Of a DNA stretch of 64,000 nucleotides, positions 10,074-19,444 are shown in pieces (the stretch's first letter is position 1; each line of letters begins with the position of its first letter). Made by a program: the position numbers and the translations under genes. The DNA comes from Candidatus Bathyarchaeota archaeon (lineage in GTDB: Archaea; Thermoproteota; Bathyarchaeia; 40CM-2-53-6): assembly GCA_963833125.1 (NCBI GenBank), contig CAWHWX010000004.1:96001-160000 (forward strand). Direction: 5' to 3'. The notes under the pieces are model-generated. The model was not told the DNA's origin and made no database searches. It was given only the letters and a program-made list of their open reading frames with translations.

Positions 10074-11125
10074 CGCTCGATCACCATTTCGTCCGCTACC
10101 AAGGTGCCGAAATGACGGCCGCCTTCCTCGATCCTCAGCAGAACCTCATCGCCTGTCTTTAGCTCGGAGACGGGGGTCGAAGCAGCGTTCGATACTAGCC
10201 GAACTGTCTCCGCATTCTGAAGTATTATTGAGAAATTGTGATTGTTGGCTTCGGTTACAACGAGCACCATAGGCCTCCGTTCTATTTTCACGCGTCCAAC
10301 ATGCCCTGTTCTTGTCGCTCCAGCGCGGCTTACGATTAGTATTTCTTCTCCCGCCTTGAGTTCGGCAAGGTAACGAGTCTTCAATCCAGGCGCGAGGACG
10401 TAAGAGGAGACAGGTCCAGCATTTACGCGAAAAGGCCTAGGTTCAACATGTGGGTTTCTATGAACCTCCGCTTCGACCAAGAATAAGCCTGATGATTGTG
10501 ACCCAACGAGCATACCTTCCCCTGGTTCCAGCAGCTCGCATGTATCGATACAGACTCTAGCCCCGGGACCAATTTGCCTGACGTCAACGACCTTTCCCTC
10601 AATCAGGGGAACATTATTGCCTGGGATGTCAAATTGGTTCACCCCGTCGAGGTCAGTTGGCGAAGCGGCTGTAAGGACGACGCCATCCACCCCTAGTTCC
10701 AGTGTCTGTAAAGCGACTTGAGCTTCGCTCTTGTTCGCTACGTCGGCGAGTAAGCTGACCTTGTTCCTAGTCCTCGCGATGAGGTTCTCAAGCGGGATAA
10801 TTTTCCAGTTCGGACACTTCACGAGCACATACCGTACCCCAGATTCTGCTAGCTCTAGAACTCTCTCTTCGTCTGAATGATCCTTTACGACTATCTCCAT
10901 AGCAGCATTCTTAGGAACTGCGTCGCCAGTCCCAGTCCGCGTTGATAGAATTCTGATATCAGATCGTTCGTCTGTCGATGCCGTTTTCAGTTTCAGGCCA
11001 CTTGCGAGTGGTAGGTCTTCTGGAGAAAGCACGGCTACGTTGAAATTCGCTTCGGCTATTTTGAGCAGTTCCTTCTTCTTAGCCTGGGTTATCTTGGGGT
11101 CTAGTCGAAGCCAGAGTTCTTTCAC
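10070..11125 (-). CDS. aroB': 3-dehydroquinate synthase II (AroB')
   Basis: WKIIPLENLIA, RVCIDT, RPFRVNAG, LQNAETV, GRHFG. Confidence 0.95.
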   Translation of the reverse strand: MKELWLRLDPKITQAKKKELLKIAEANFNVAVLSPEDLPLASGLKLKTASTDERSDIRILSTRTGTGDAVPKNAAMEIVVKDHSDEERVLELAESGVRYVLVKCPNWKIIPLENLIARTRNKVSLLADVANKSEAQVALQTLELGVDGVVLTAASPTDLDGVNQFDIPGNNVPLIEGKVVDVRQIGPGARVCIDTCELLEPGEGMLVGSQSSGLFLVEAEVHRNPHVEPRPFRVNAGPVSSYVLAPGLKTRYLAELKAGEEILIVSRAGATRTGHVGRVKIERRPMVLVVTEANNHNFSIILQNAETVRLVSNAASTPVSELKTGDEVLLRIEEGGRHFGTLVADEMVIER

Positions 11126-11913
11126 TAAGACCCCTCGAGCAGTCTTGAAGCGTCCTTTGCGTTCGCATGCTCGTGAACAATCGCTGCTAGGGCTCTGCTC
11201 ATTGCTTCAGGGTTATCATGTTGGAAGACGTTCCTGCCAAATGAGAGCCCGGCTGCGCCGGCTTTCATCGAACTCTCACCTAGCTCAAGAATATCCATGT
11301 CAGTCTTCATTCTTGGCCCGCCAGCTACGACAACTGGGACTGGGCAACTTTGCACCACTCGTCGGAAACTGTTAGTGTCGCCTGTGTAAACGGTTTTGAC
11401 TACGTCTGCTCCAAGTTCTGCCCCGATTCTCGCCGCATGTGACACAACTTCGTACTCATTCTCGTTCTTTATGTTGGGGCCGCGTGGGTACATCATGGCG
11501 AGCAAGGGCATTCCGAAGGAATCGCACTGTTCTGAGAGGCCGCCGAGAAACTGAAGCATCTTGTCTTCATCTTCCGAACCTATGTTGATGTGCGCTGAAA
11601 CTGCGTCGGCCCCGAGTCTAACTGCTTCTTCGAGAGTGCACACGCCCACTTTCAAGTTGGGCTTGCCACCGAGTTTAGTGGAGGCGGAGACGTGAACTAT
11701 CAATCCTGAGCCTTGTGTGTCCACATGTTTCGCTATGCCCTTGTGCACCAAGACAGCGTCGGCTCCGCCGCTCACTACACGTTTTACGGTTTCTTGCATG
11801 TTTTCCAATCCTCTCACAGGGCCTAGCGTGACGCCATGGTCCATGGCAATTATGAAGCTCTTAGAATCAGCTCTCATAATTCTTCGTAACCTTCTGGTCT
11901 TGCCGGATTCCAT
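11125..11913 (-). CDS. aroA': 2-amino-3,7-dideoxy-D-threo-hept-6-ulosonate synthase (DhnA-type aldolase)
   Basis: [29 protein letters not shown]; adjacent to aroB'. Confidence 0.9.
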   Translation of the reverse strand: MESGKTRRLRRIMRADSKSFIIAMDHGVTLGPVRGLENMQETVKRVVSGGADAVLVHKGIAKHVDTQGSGLIVHVSASTKLGGKPNLKVGVCTLEEAVRLGADAVSAHINIGSEDEDKMLQFLGGLSEQCDSFGMPLLAMMYPRGPNIKNENEYEVVSHAARIGAELGADVVKTVYTGDTNSFRRVVQSCPVPVVVAGGPRMKTDMDILELGESSMKAGAAGLSFGRNVFQHDNPEAMSRALAAIVHEHANAKDASRLLEGS

Positions 11914-11926
11914 TATTCGATCACTT

Positions 11927-12958
11927 TCAGAGGTATCCTTGTGATTTCATCGACTCAGCTATTAGGAGAGCGCAACCTGCCGCTCCTCGGATTGTATTGT
12001 TCCCGAGGGCTACATACTTGATGCCCGAGAAGACAGGGTCACTGCGAACCCTCCCGACTACCACTGACATGCCATGCCCTTCATTTCTATCGAAACGTGG
12101 CTGGGGCCGATATTCATCGGACCTTACAACTACGGGTCGTTCTGGGGCTGTTGGGAGCTTCAATTTCTGCGGTTCCGCGGTGAACACTTTCATGCAGTGC
12201 TCCACTTGTTCAGGCGTCGCCGGTTTCTCTGTTTGAACGAAGACGGCTTCGGTATGTCCGTCAAGTACTGCCACACGATGGCAACTCGCGGACACAATGA
12301 ACTCAGCCGAACGTCCCGCTTGACCTAGAATCTTGGTTGTTTCTCGCTGAACTTTCTCTTCCTCTCCGTTAATGAATGGGATTACGTTGTCGATTATGTC
12401 CAACGAAGCTACCCCTGGGTATCCTGCCCCGGAGGTCGCCTGCATGGAGGACATCACTACATTTCTCAGCCCAAACGCGTCATAGATGGGTTTGAGGGAT
12501 AGGGTTAGTACTGCCGTCGTGCAGTTGGGGTTTGTTACGATCGATCCGTCCCATTTTCGTTTTCGTCTCTGTTCGTCGATTAGTGAGAGGTGAGTGAAGT
12601 TAGTTTCTGGATTCATCAGTGGAACATCTGGGTCCATTCTGTGGGAGGAGGCGTTGCTAACTACTGCGAAACCTTGCCTTGCGAAGTCTTCCTCGATTCC
12701 TTGCGCCTGTTCAGCTGGCAGGGCGGAAAAAACAATATCCGCGTCGACGGATCTGGGTTCCGAAGGTTGTACGGTAAGTTCCGCAATCTCTTTCTTCAGT
12801 GGTGTCTCCATTCTCCAGTTTACCGCTTCTCCGTATTCGACCCCCGAACTTCGTTCCGACCCAGTTAACGCGACGATTTCGAACCACTCGTGATCGTTCA
12901 ACAATTGTACGAAACGTTGCCCTACCAAACCAGTTGCCCCGAGTATTGCAGCTTTCAA
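11927..12958 (-). CDS. asd: Aspartate-semialdehyde dehydrogenase
   Basis: GATGLVGQ, NPNCTT, QATSGAG, GEEEK, RGAAG. Confidence 0.95.
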   Translation of the reverse strand: MKAAILGATGLVGQRFVQLLNDHEWFEIVALTGSERSSGVEYGEAVNWRMETPLKKEIAELTVQPSEPRSVDADIVFSALPAEQAQGIEEDFARQGFAVVSNASSHRMDPDVPLMNPETNFTHLSLIDEQRRKRKWDGSIVTNPNCTTAVLTLSLKPIYDAFGLRNVVMSSMQATSGAGYPGVASLDIIDNVIPFINGEEEKVQRETTKILGQAGRSAEFIVSASCHRVAVLDGHTEAVFVQTEKPATPEQVEHCMKVFTAEPQKLKLPTAPERPVVVRSDEYRPQPRFDRNEGHGMSVVVGRVRSDPVFSGIKYVALGNNTIRGAAGCALLIAESMKSQGYL

Positions 12959-14197
12959 GATAATTCCCCTTTGGCAATCTGCTTCATCAAGCGCAAGGCC
13001 AACTCCTTGTCATCCCACGCGACAAATACGAGAATACTGGAAGCAAGGGTAAGCATTCCGTAGATGTTGATTCGATTCTCAAGCAAATGGGACGAGATTC
13101 TACCAATTATACCGGGGGTATCTTCTAGGCCTACGCCTTTCACTTTGAGAAATGCTAAGTGGGGCTGAACAGCCATTGCCATCGTTTCTCCATGTCTCAT
13201 GATCACGTTGTGTACGGCGGCTAGAACAGAGTTCGATCCGGTCTCTGGGACGTAGAAGATTAGCGAGTTGAAGTTTTCGGAGAGGCCGTCTAGGGATGAG
13301 TGTTTATGTATTTCCCTGATTACGTCGCTGAGTATCTCTGGGTTTTCGGAAATTCCCTTACCGGCGATGGTTACAGCCATAACTTGGCGATTTTCTTCAA
13401 AGGTGACGTCAATCTCTGTCGAGATACCGCCAGTGATAATCGTTCCGTCCGCTTCAAGATCACTCTTCTCACGGTTTATGACTCTAACCGGAATATCTGG
13501 GTCCTTGTATCTGAGAGCCTTTCTGTGGATGAACTTCGTTCCAGAATCCGCCAATCCAATGAGAGTTCTAACATCAATCTTTTCCAGCCTTCGAGCGTCC
13601 GGGATGAGTTTCGGGTCTGCGGATAGGATTCCGTCTGCGTCGGTTACTAGAACTACTTCATCTGCACCAATCGCCTTCGCCATTATGAAAGCGGTCGTGT
13701 CGCTTCCCCCTCGGCCAATTGTGCTAACTTTGCCTGCTGTGGAGCGCCCCACGAACCCAGCGATCACTGGGACTGTACGCCAATCAAGGAGAGGGAGCAC
13801 ATGCTCGCGAACCCTCTGCAAACATAGTTCAAGAATCGGGTTCGCATCAGAGAAGTTATCGTCAGTTATGATGGGCCAATTAGGTTCCCCAGGATCGAAG
13901 TATTTTGCTTCAATGCCCAGAGCCTTTAGAGCATTTGCGAAGACCCTGACGCTTGTTCTCTCGCCCATCGCTAGAATGTCGTCTGAGTCAGTCTTGTCCA
14001 GGCTCAATACTGAATCTTGGCTGATCAAGTTTAGGAGCTGATCAGTCATCTTTCCCATGGCGGATACAACCACGACTAGCCGCGGTGCCCTTCGCGCTTT
14101 CTTTCGCGATCAAGCCGGCGGCCTTGCTCACTCGGTCTTTGTCTCGAAGGCTAGAGCCCCCAAACTTGACCACTAGGGTCTTCGAACTATGCTTCAA
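12955..14197 (-). CDS. lysC: Aspartate kinase with ACT domains (frameshift near 14082)
   Basis: VVKFGGSS in upstream frame; VVSAMG, GRGGSD, DGILSADP downstream; TTG start at 14197. Confidence 0.92.
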
Positions 14198-14252
14198 AGC
14201 GACAACTGCGCTAGGGTTGGTTTCGGGTTTCAGCGTCGCGCTAGAGGAAAAA

Positions 14253-14330
14253 CTAGTTCGGGGAGAGTCTAGTGTGGGGAAGCCAGTAGTGATCACCGTA
14301 AATGTGACCACCGAAGTTACAACCTCTCAA
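14253..14330 (-). CDS. Putative 25-aa leader peptide MRGCNFGGHIYGDHYWLPHTRLSPN
   Basis: TTG start 10 nt after GAGG; stop followed by TTTTT; lies between a TTTTAAG box (~14380) and lysC. Confidence 0.35.
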   Translation of the reverse strand: MRGCNFGGHIYGDHYWLPHTRLSPN

Positions 14331-14429
14331 TTATCTCATGCCTCGCCCGTTGTTAGTTTTGCGAAGGGTGCCTCAGTCTCTTAAAAGAATAGCTCAACAA
14401 ATCAGCATAACCCTACGTCGAGAAGACAT

Positions 14430-15122
14430 TTACACGCCCATGTACAGTCGTTCCGCTAGAAAACTAGGCAGACCACTGCTAAGGATTCGATCTGCTACCA
14501 GATCCACATTGTACTCAACTCTCCGAACCTCCAACTCAACATCTCCTTTAGAAATAGTGAGCAACGCGAAACTTGCTCGATGGTCGCCATCTCTAGGTTG
14601 GCCGACGCTCCCAGGGTTTGCCAGAACGTCATCCTCGAACCTGTAAAGCATGGGCATGTGTGTATGTCCAAGCAGCACAATATTTGCGGAGGCAGCCTTT
14701 ACCAAACTATGCCCTACAGTAGCAGGCACGCCAGGGAAGACGTACTCATTCAAAGGATCACGGGGGCTGCCGTGATAGAGCGCGAATGTGCGCCCCTCAC
14801 GCTGTATTCTTGCGGATGGCTTTAGTGTGGCAAGGTAGCTGCGACTTAGCTCGTTAACATTCCGTCTTGTCCATTCGACCGCTATCGCGGCGTTAGCCGA
14901 GAACCCTTGCACGTCACCGTTAACAACGGCGTAATCGTGGTTGCCGAGGAGGACAACTGACGGATGAAGTTCTTCGAGTCTTGCAATTACTTCGTTTGGC
15001 TGAGGCCCATAGCCAACAACATCTCCGAGGCAGAATAGCTCATCGTGCTTTGGCAGTTTAGCGATTACTGCTTCAAGAGCAGGTAAGTTGGAATGTATGT
15101 CAGAGATGACTGCGATTATCAT
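14430..15122 (-). CDS. Metallophosphoesterase (YfcE/MJ0936-like)
   Basis: SDIHSN, LGDVVGYG, GNHD, HGSP, GHTH, NPGSVGQPRD. Confidence 0.92.
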   Translation of the reverse strand: MIIAVISDIHSNLPALEAVIAKLPKHDELFCLGDVVGYGPQPNEVIARLEELHPSVVLLGNHDYAVVNGDVQGFSANAAIAVEWTRRNVNELSRSYLATLKPSARIQREGRTFALYHGSPRDPLNEYVFPGVPATVGHSLVKAASANIVLLGHTHMPMLYRFEDDVLANPGSVGQPRDGDHRASFALLTISKGDVELEVRRVEYNVDLVADRILSSGLPSFLAERLYMGV

Positions 15123-15174
15123 TAAGGGGTCTATGATGTGGGCTGTCTTCCTTGAGAAAGACTTGATGGTAAAA

Positions 15175-15777
15175 TTAGAAATCCTGGCTCATTTGCTGAA
15201 CGTATGAAAGGTCTTCCCCACAGTAGGGGCATGACTTAAATTTTGTATCAACTCTCTTCCCACATTCTGGGCACTCTACCTTGAGTGGATATCGACAGAA
15301 TGGACATAATGCGAAATCGTCCGCAACCTTGTGTCCACATTCCTTACACGTCTGTTCCCCACTCGCCTCTTCCTCCCGTTTCGACTGCAACGGGCTCTGA
15401 ATGATCACAGGAGGCGGTTGCATGACGCCTGATGGGGAACCCTTGACTATATTCTCCCTTAGAACTCTGTGAAGCTGGTAAGCGTCTGCTCTCGTGAGAC
15501 TCCCGATCCTTATGTTTTGAACGCCAGATCGCATGAGAATTTCGACGCTCGCTCTAACCACCCCACGGTCAAGTCTAATGTTGACCATGTTCGTGTATGG
15601 GTAATCTACGAAGCTCTTCTTGAGCCCTAAGCCCCCGGATTTGCGGATAATGATTCGCTGGTCGCTTACCACTACTGTCTCGCTGCCCTTGACAACCCAA
15701 ATGACTTTCTCATCGTAATTGATGAGATGCCTCATGTCATCTGGTACGGGGAGCGACGCCAAACCATGCGACCTCAA
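15175..15777 (-). CDS. PH-like domain + double zinc ribbon protein
   Basis: VVVSDQRIII beta-strand pattern; Pro linker; four CxxC (CKEC, CPFC, CPEC, CPYC). Confidence 0.75.
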   Translation of the reverse strand: MRSHGLASLPVPDDMRHLINYDEKVIWVVKGSETVVVSDQRIIIRKSGGLGLKKSFVDYPYTNMVNIRLDRGVVRASVEILMRSGVQNIRIGSLTRADAYQLHRVLRENIVKGSPSGVMQPPPVIIQSPLQSKREEEASGEQTCKECGHKVADDFALCPFCRYPLKVECPECGKRVDTKFKSCPYCGEDLSYVQQMSQDF

Positions 15778-15942
15778 GGCAACGCTAAGGTTCTGATTAG
15801 CTTTGATGATAAGATGTATTGCGTTGCAGCATCAAAAAAGCCCATGGGGCCTCTAGGGAAAAGGAGCCAGACATAGCAATTTCAGGTGTTTTTCGTCGCT
15901 CTAGTTAAGTAGCTTGTACTTGGAAATATATGATGATGTTCA

Positions 15943-16326
15943 ATGGAAATGACCGAAACAACACTGAAAGTCGGAACTAGAACTTTCAGAGTAAATTACA
16001 GTCAACTGGAGAATGCTATAGTTGCTTTCCTATTCGAGGATCGTATTCGTCTCGGAACGGTTGCGATCGCTATGCCTGGTCTGCGTGAAGTTGCTGTCGG
16101 GCGGTCTTCCGTATTGGTTGGCGGCAAGTATCTGATGACGAGTAGAGCCTTAGCGGAGAAACTTGCTGGAAAGAGCGGCCGGATCGCATTAGTTTCCTTA
16201 TCCACTGAACTCGATGAAGCTGAGGCTCTAAGAATTTACACTAAGTTGCTCGATCAGGTTCAATTGGCTCAGCCTTCCGACGAGAAGATTGGTCCGCTCA
16301 ATTCTTCAATACGACAACACGTTTGA
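15943..16326 (+). CDS. Proteasome assembly chaperone 4 (PAC4)-like protein
   Basis: LGTVAIAMP...SSVLVG...SRALAEKLAGKSGRIALVS resembles the PAC4 pattern (recalled, not searched). Confidence 0.6.
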   Translation: MEMTETTLKVGTRTFRVNYSQLENAIVAFLFEDRIRLGTVAIAMPGLREVAVGRSSVLVGGKYLMTSRALAEKLAGKSGRIALVSLSTELDEAEALRIYTKLLDQVQLAQPSDEKIGPLNSSIRQHV

Positions 16327-17581
16327 GAGAGGCGATTCACCGAGGACCTGTGCTGCGGCGTCGCTGACTTGCTCTCTATATTGATCATTTGTGTATACCC
16401 GTATTATGTTCATGAAAACTTGAAGATCATCCACGACTCTGGATAATTTCGCTATCTTCTCTGGGGTCTTCTCGCCAGAGCGGTTCCGCGAGAACATTGG
16501 TATGTCGATTGGGCCAATGTCCATGGCGTAGTGATAGGGCACGGATGGGAGTGAAGGTACGTCGATCCCGACGCTGGTTCTTGGAACTTTGGCTTTTGAG
16601 GCGATTTCTTCCTCAAGTTTGAGACGCACATTTTCGTTTGTAAACACGCTTGAAACGAGCTCATCTTTGGCGTAGAAGGTTCTCTCATATGCGCATTTCA
16701 GGAGCCTCCTCGAAGAGATATCCTTTACGATTTCGCGAGAGAGTTTGTTCTGGCTGAGTTTCGACCAAACCGTATAGTCATCCCATTCCAAGTATTCATC
16801 TGGAGTCTTCGCTTGCAAAATCGCCAGATCGTCTTTAGCTGCTTCCAATGCTTTGACGAGCATCATTTGGACGGCTCTACAAGCCCTATGAAAGTAAATC
16901 GTTTTGAAGGATTCAAGACGTGCAATGATTAGGCTTTCGAGAGTTGGAAGGGCAGTTATGTCAACTGCCAAGTTGCCATCGAGGACATCCATAGTGTAAA
17001 TGAGGCGGAAAACGTCAACCGACCCATAGCCGGCACCAGTATGATAAGAGTCGCGCACGACGAAATCCATCTTATCGACATCAAACGAGCTACTGATTAT
17101 CTGTCCGAGAAATGGCTTCTCAGTCTTTGATGGCTTCCCAACTGCCAGTCCGCTCAGCTCTTTCGTCAATACCTTGATCGTTAATCACATCACCAAGGGT
17201 TGAGTTTGCGATAATCCATCTCGACATGTCCTCGTGGTTTCGACCCATGTACTTCAACAGTAGTGGCTCGAAAAGATGAGAGAAAGGCGCGTGTCCGACG
17301 TCATGAAGCAGTGCGGCTAATCGTACCTTTTGTCTCTCCTCAATCGTCAGATGTACTGGCAGATTCTCGGACACAACGCCTGCGAGATACATAGTGCCCA
17401 AAACATGTTCGAACCTAGTGTGGTTTGCCGCGGGGTAGACGAACTCGGCTCCTGCAAGCTGTCGAATCCTTCGTAAACGTTGGACCGCTAGGGTGTCTAT
17501 GACATTCCGTTCGATTTCTGTAAGCCGTATGTATCCGTATAGGGGATCCTTGATGAACCCCCAAAAGGCCTGTTCATTCAA
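16306..17581 (-). CDS. HD-domain phosphohydrolase, SAMHD1/dNTPase-like (frameshift near 17166)
   Basis: DPLYG, QRLRRIRQL, HTRFEH, LLHDVGHAPFSH, DVDKMDFVVRD, IYFH. Confidence 0.9.
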
Positions 17582-17710
17582 GCTGAACTCACGATTGATC
17601 CTTGAATTTTAGCTGACACATAGCTGACACGCCTATACAAGCTGCGTGCAACTGCCCCAAATCGACAAACGCTAATAGGACGGTGGAATTTCGAGGTTCA
17701 GGGAATTGAA

Positions 17711-18652
17711 TTGAAGTTCGGTTTTCAGCACCCCAATTTTACCTACGACGGCCAAGGCCCCGCTGTCGTGGACTCTTTGAAAAGACTCGTGACAACGGGA
17801 GAGAGTTTAGGATTTGATTCGTTTTGGGTGATGGATCACTTTCATCAAATCCCCTACGTAGGGGAACCACCAGAACCTATGCTTGAAGGATGGACTACTC
17901 AAGCCGTAGTTGCTGGCTTTACTTCTAAGATCAAACTCGGAACACTGGTAACAGGGAACGTGTACCGGCACCCATCTGTTCTAGCCAAAATCGGCGCAAC
18001 ACTGGACGTACTAAGTAAAGGTAGGCTCTTCATGGGCATCGGCGCCGGCTGGAACGAAGATGAAGCTACAGCCTACGGAATACCGTTCCCTGGCCTAAGG
18101 GAACGCATGCGTCGGCTTGAAGAAGCTGTACAAGTCATTCGAGCAATGTGGACCGAAGATCGGGCAAACTTTGAAGGAAAATTCTACCAAATCAAGAACG
18201 CCTACTGCAACCCGAAACCAATCCAAAAGCCCCACCCACCAATAATGATCGGCGGAAGTGGTGAACGACAAACATTGAGGATTGTAGCCAAGTATGCTGA
18301 CGCCTGCAATATCTTCGGTTCAACCGAGACAGTGAAAATGAAACTGAAGGTCCTACGAGACCATTGTAATGCCGCTGGGCGAGATTACGACTCCGTTTTG
18401 AAGACAAAGCTAGGCCGCGTAATGATTGACAAGGATAAGGCCGCTCTCCAGGCGAGAGTCGCGAAGGCGATGAATAATGTGCCCGAAGAAAGGGTTAGAG
18501 AAATGCTGACCCTAGGGACTCCCGAGGAAGTTAAACGTCAAGTGGAGAGCTTCAGGGACGCGGGTATCGAATATCTCATTGTGAACCTCGAGCCGCAGCG
18601 TGAACTCGAAGCGCTAGAACTCTTTGGGAGAGAAGTAGTTCAGAAGCTCTGA
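17711..18652 (+). CDS. LLM-class F420-dependent oxidoreductase
   Basis: WVMDHF, LGTLVT, YRHP, GIGAGW, PPIMIGGSGE. Confidence 0.92.
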   Translation: MKFGFQHPNFTYDGQGPAVVDSLKRLVTTGESLGFDSFWVMDHFHQIPYVGEPPEPMLEGWTTQAVVAGFTSKIKLGTLVTGNVYRHPSVLAKIGATLDVLSKGRLFMGIGAGWNEDEATAYGIPFPGLRERMRRLEEAVQVIRAMWTEDRANFEGKFYQIKNAYCNPKPIQKPHPPIMIGGSGERQTLRIVAKYADACNIFGSTETVKMKLKVLRDHCNAAGRDYDSVLKTKLGRVMIDKDKAALQARVAKAMNNVPEERVREMLTLGTPEEVKRQVESFRDAGIEYLIVNLEPQRELEALELFGREVVQKL

Positions 18653-18669
18653 TCGTTCACATCTCAAAG

Positions 18670-19305
18670 CTACCGTAGGAATCGATAGACGATATCCCAA
18701 ACTAATCCTCGCACGGTTTCAGAATCAGAGTGCCCGTCAACGATCTTCCACCGATACTTCCGTGCTAATCGCAGATAGGCTCTTCTCACGCTCCTAAGGT
18801 AGGTAAGATTGCCCTCGTGAAGATCGCGTTTCCGCATCTTACGTTTGAAAGATGTTCGCGGTGATACATTCAACACGACCACTACATCAGGTTTCGGCAA
18901 ACCTTCCTCGAGTGAACTGAGCCAAGCCCTGGAGAGGCCGTGCGCGACCCCGTACGCCAAGTTTGAAGGGCTGTACCGGTTTACGATAACAACCCCACCA
19001 CGCCCGACTCTATTAGCCAGCTTATGCGCCAATTCCCATTTGTTCGCCGCGTAGAGCAGATGAACTGAATGCAAGTCGAGCTGAATTTTCCCCGCCAGGT
19101 AAGCCTTCAACTGCCTGCCTAACGGAGTTGTGTAATCGGGAAAACTCCACACGGATACAGGTAGACCAAGATTTCGAACTCTCTTGGCGAGTAGACTTGC
19201 CTGTGTTCTCTTCCCCGCTTGGTCGATTCCCTCAATTGCGATTAGCAAGCCGCGTTTCTTACGCAAAGGTCTCTGACGCTCATTCATTGTTTCATGCATT
19301 TCCAA
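18670..19305 (-). CDS. tmk: Thymidylate kinase
   Basis: IEGIDQAGKRTQ, SFPDY, NRYSPSNLAYG, GLPKPD. Confidence 0.9.
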   Translation of the reverse strand: MEMHETMNERQRPLRKKRGLLIAIEGIDQAGKRTQASLLAKRVRNLGLPVSVWSFPDYTTPLGRQLKAYLAGKIQLDLHSVHLLYAANKWELAHKLANRVGRGGVVIVNRYSPSNLAYGVAHGLSRAWLSSLEEGLPKPDVVVVLNVSPRTSFKRKMRKRDLHEGNLTYLRSVRRAYLRLARKYRWKIVDGHSDSETVRGLVWDIVYRFLR

Positions 19306-19444
19306 ATAAAGGTAAACGACCCAAACAACTCACGCACTGGACGAGGCTCTAAGTGCAAACGCTGAACTCATTGCCAAATGATTCGACAGATGTCATCACA
19401 ATGATTGATAAGTGACTTTCCATTTTCACTCCTTCGACAAGACA

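Noticed and set aside
13268-14041. 257-aa plus-strand ORF and many similar antisense ORFs
   Set aside because: Shadow frames opposite well-supported genes, with no motifs
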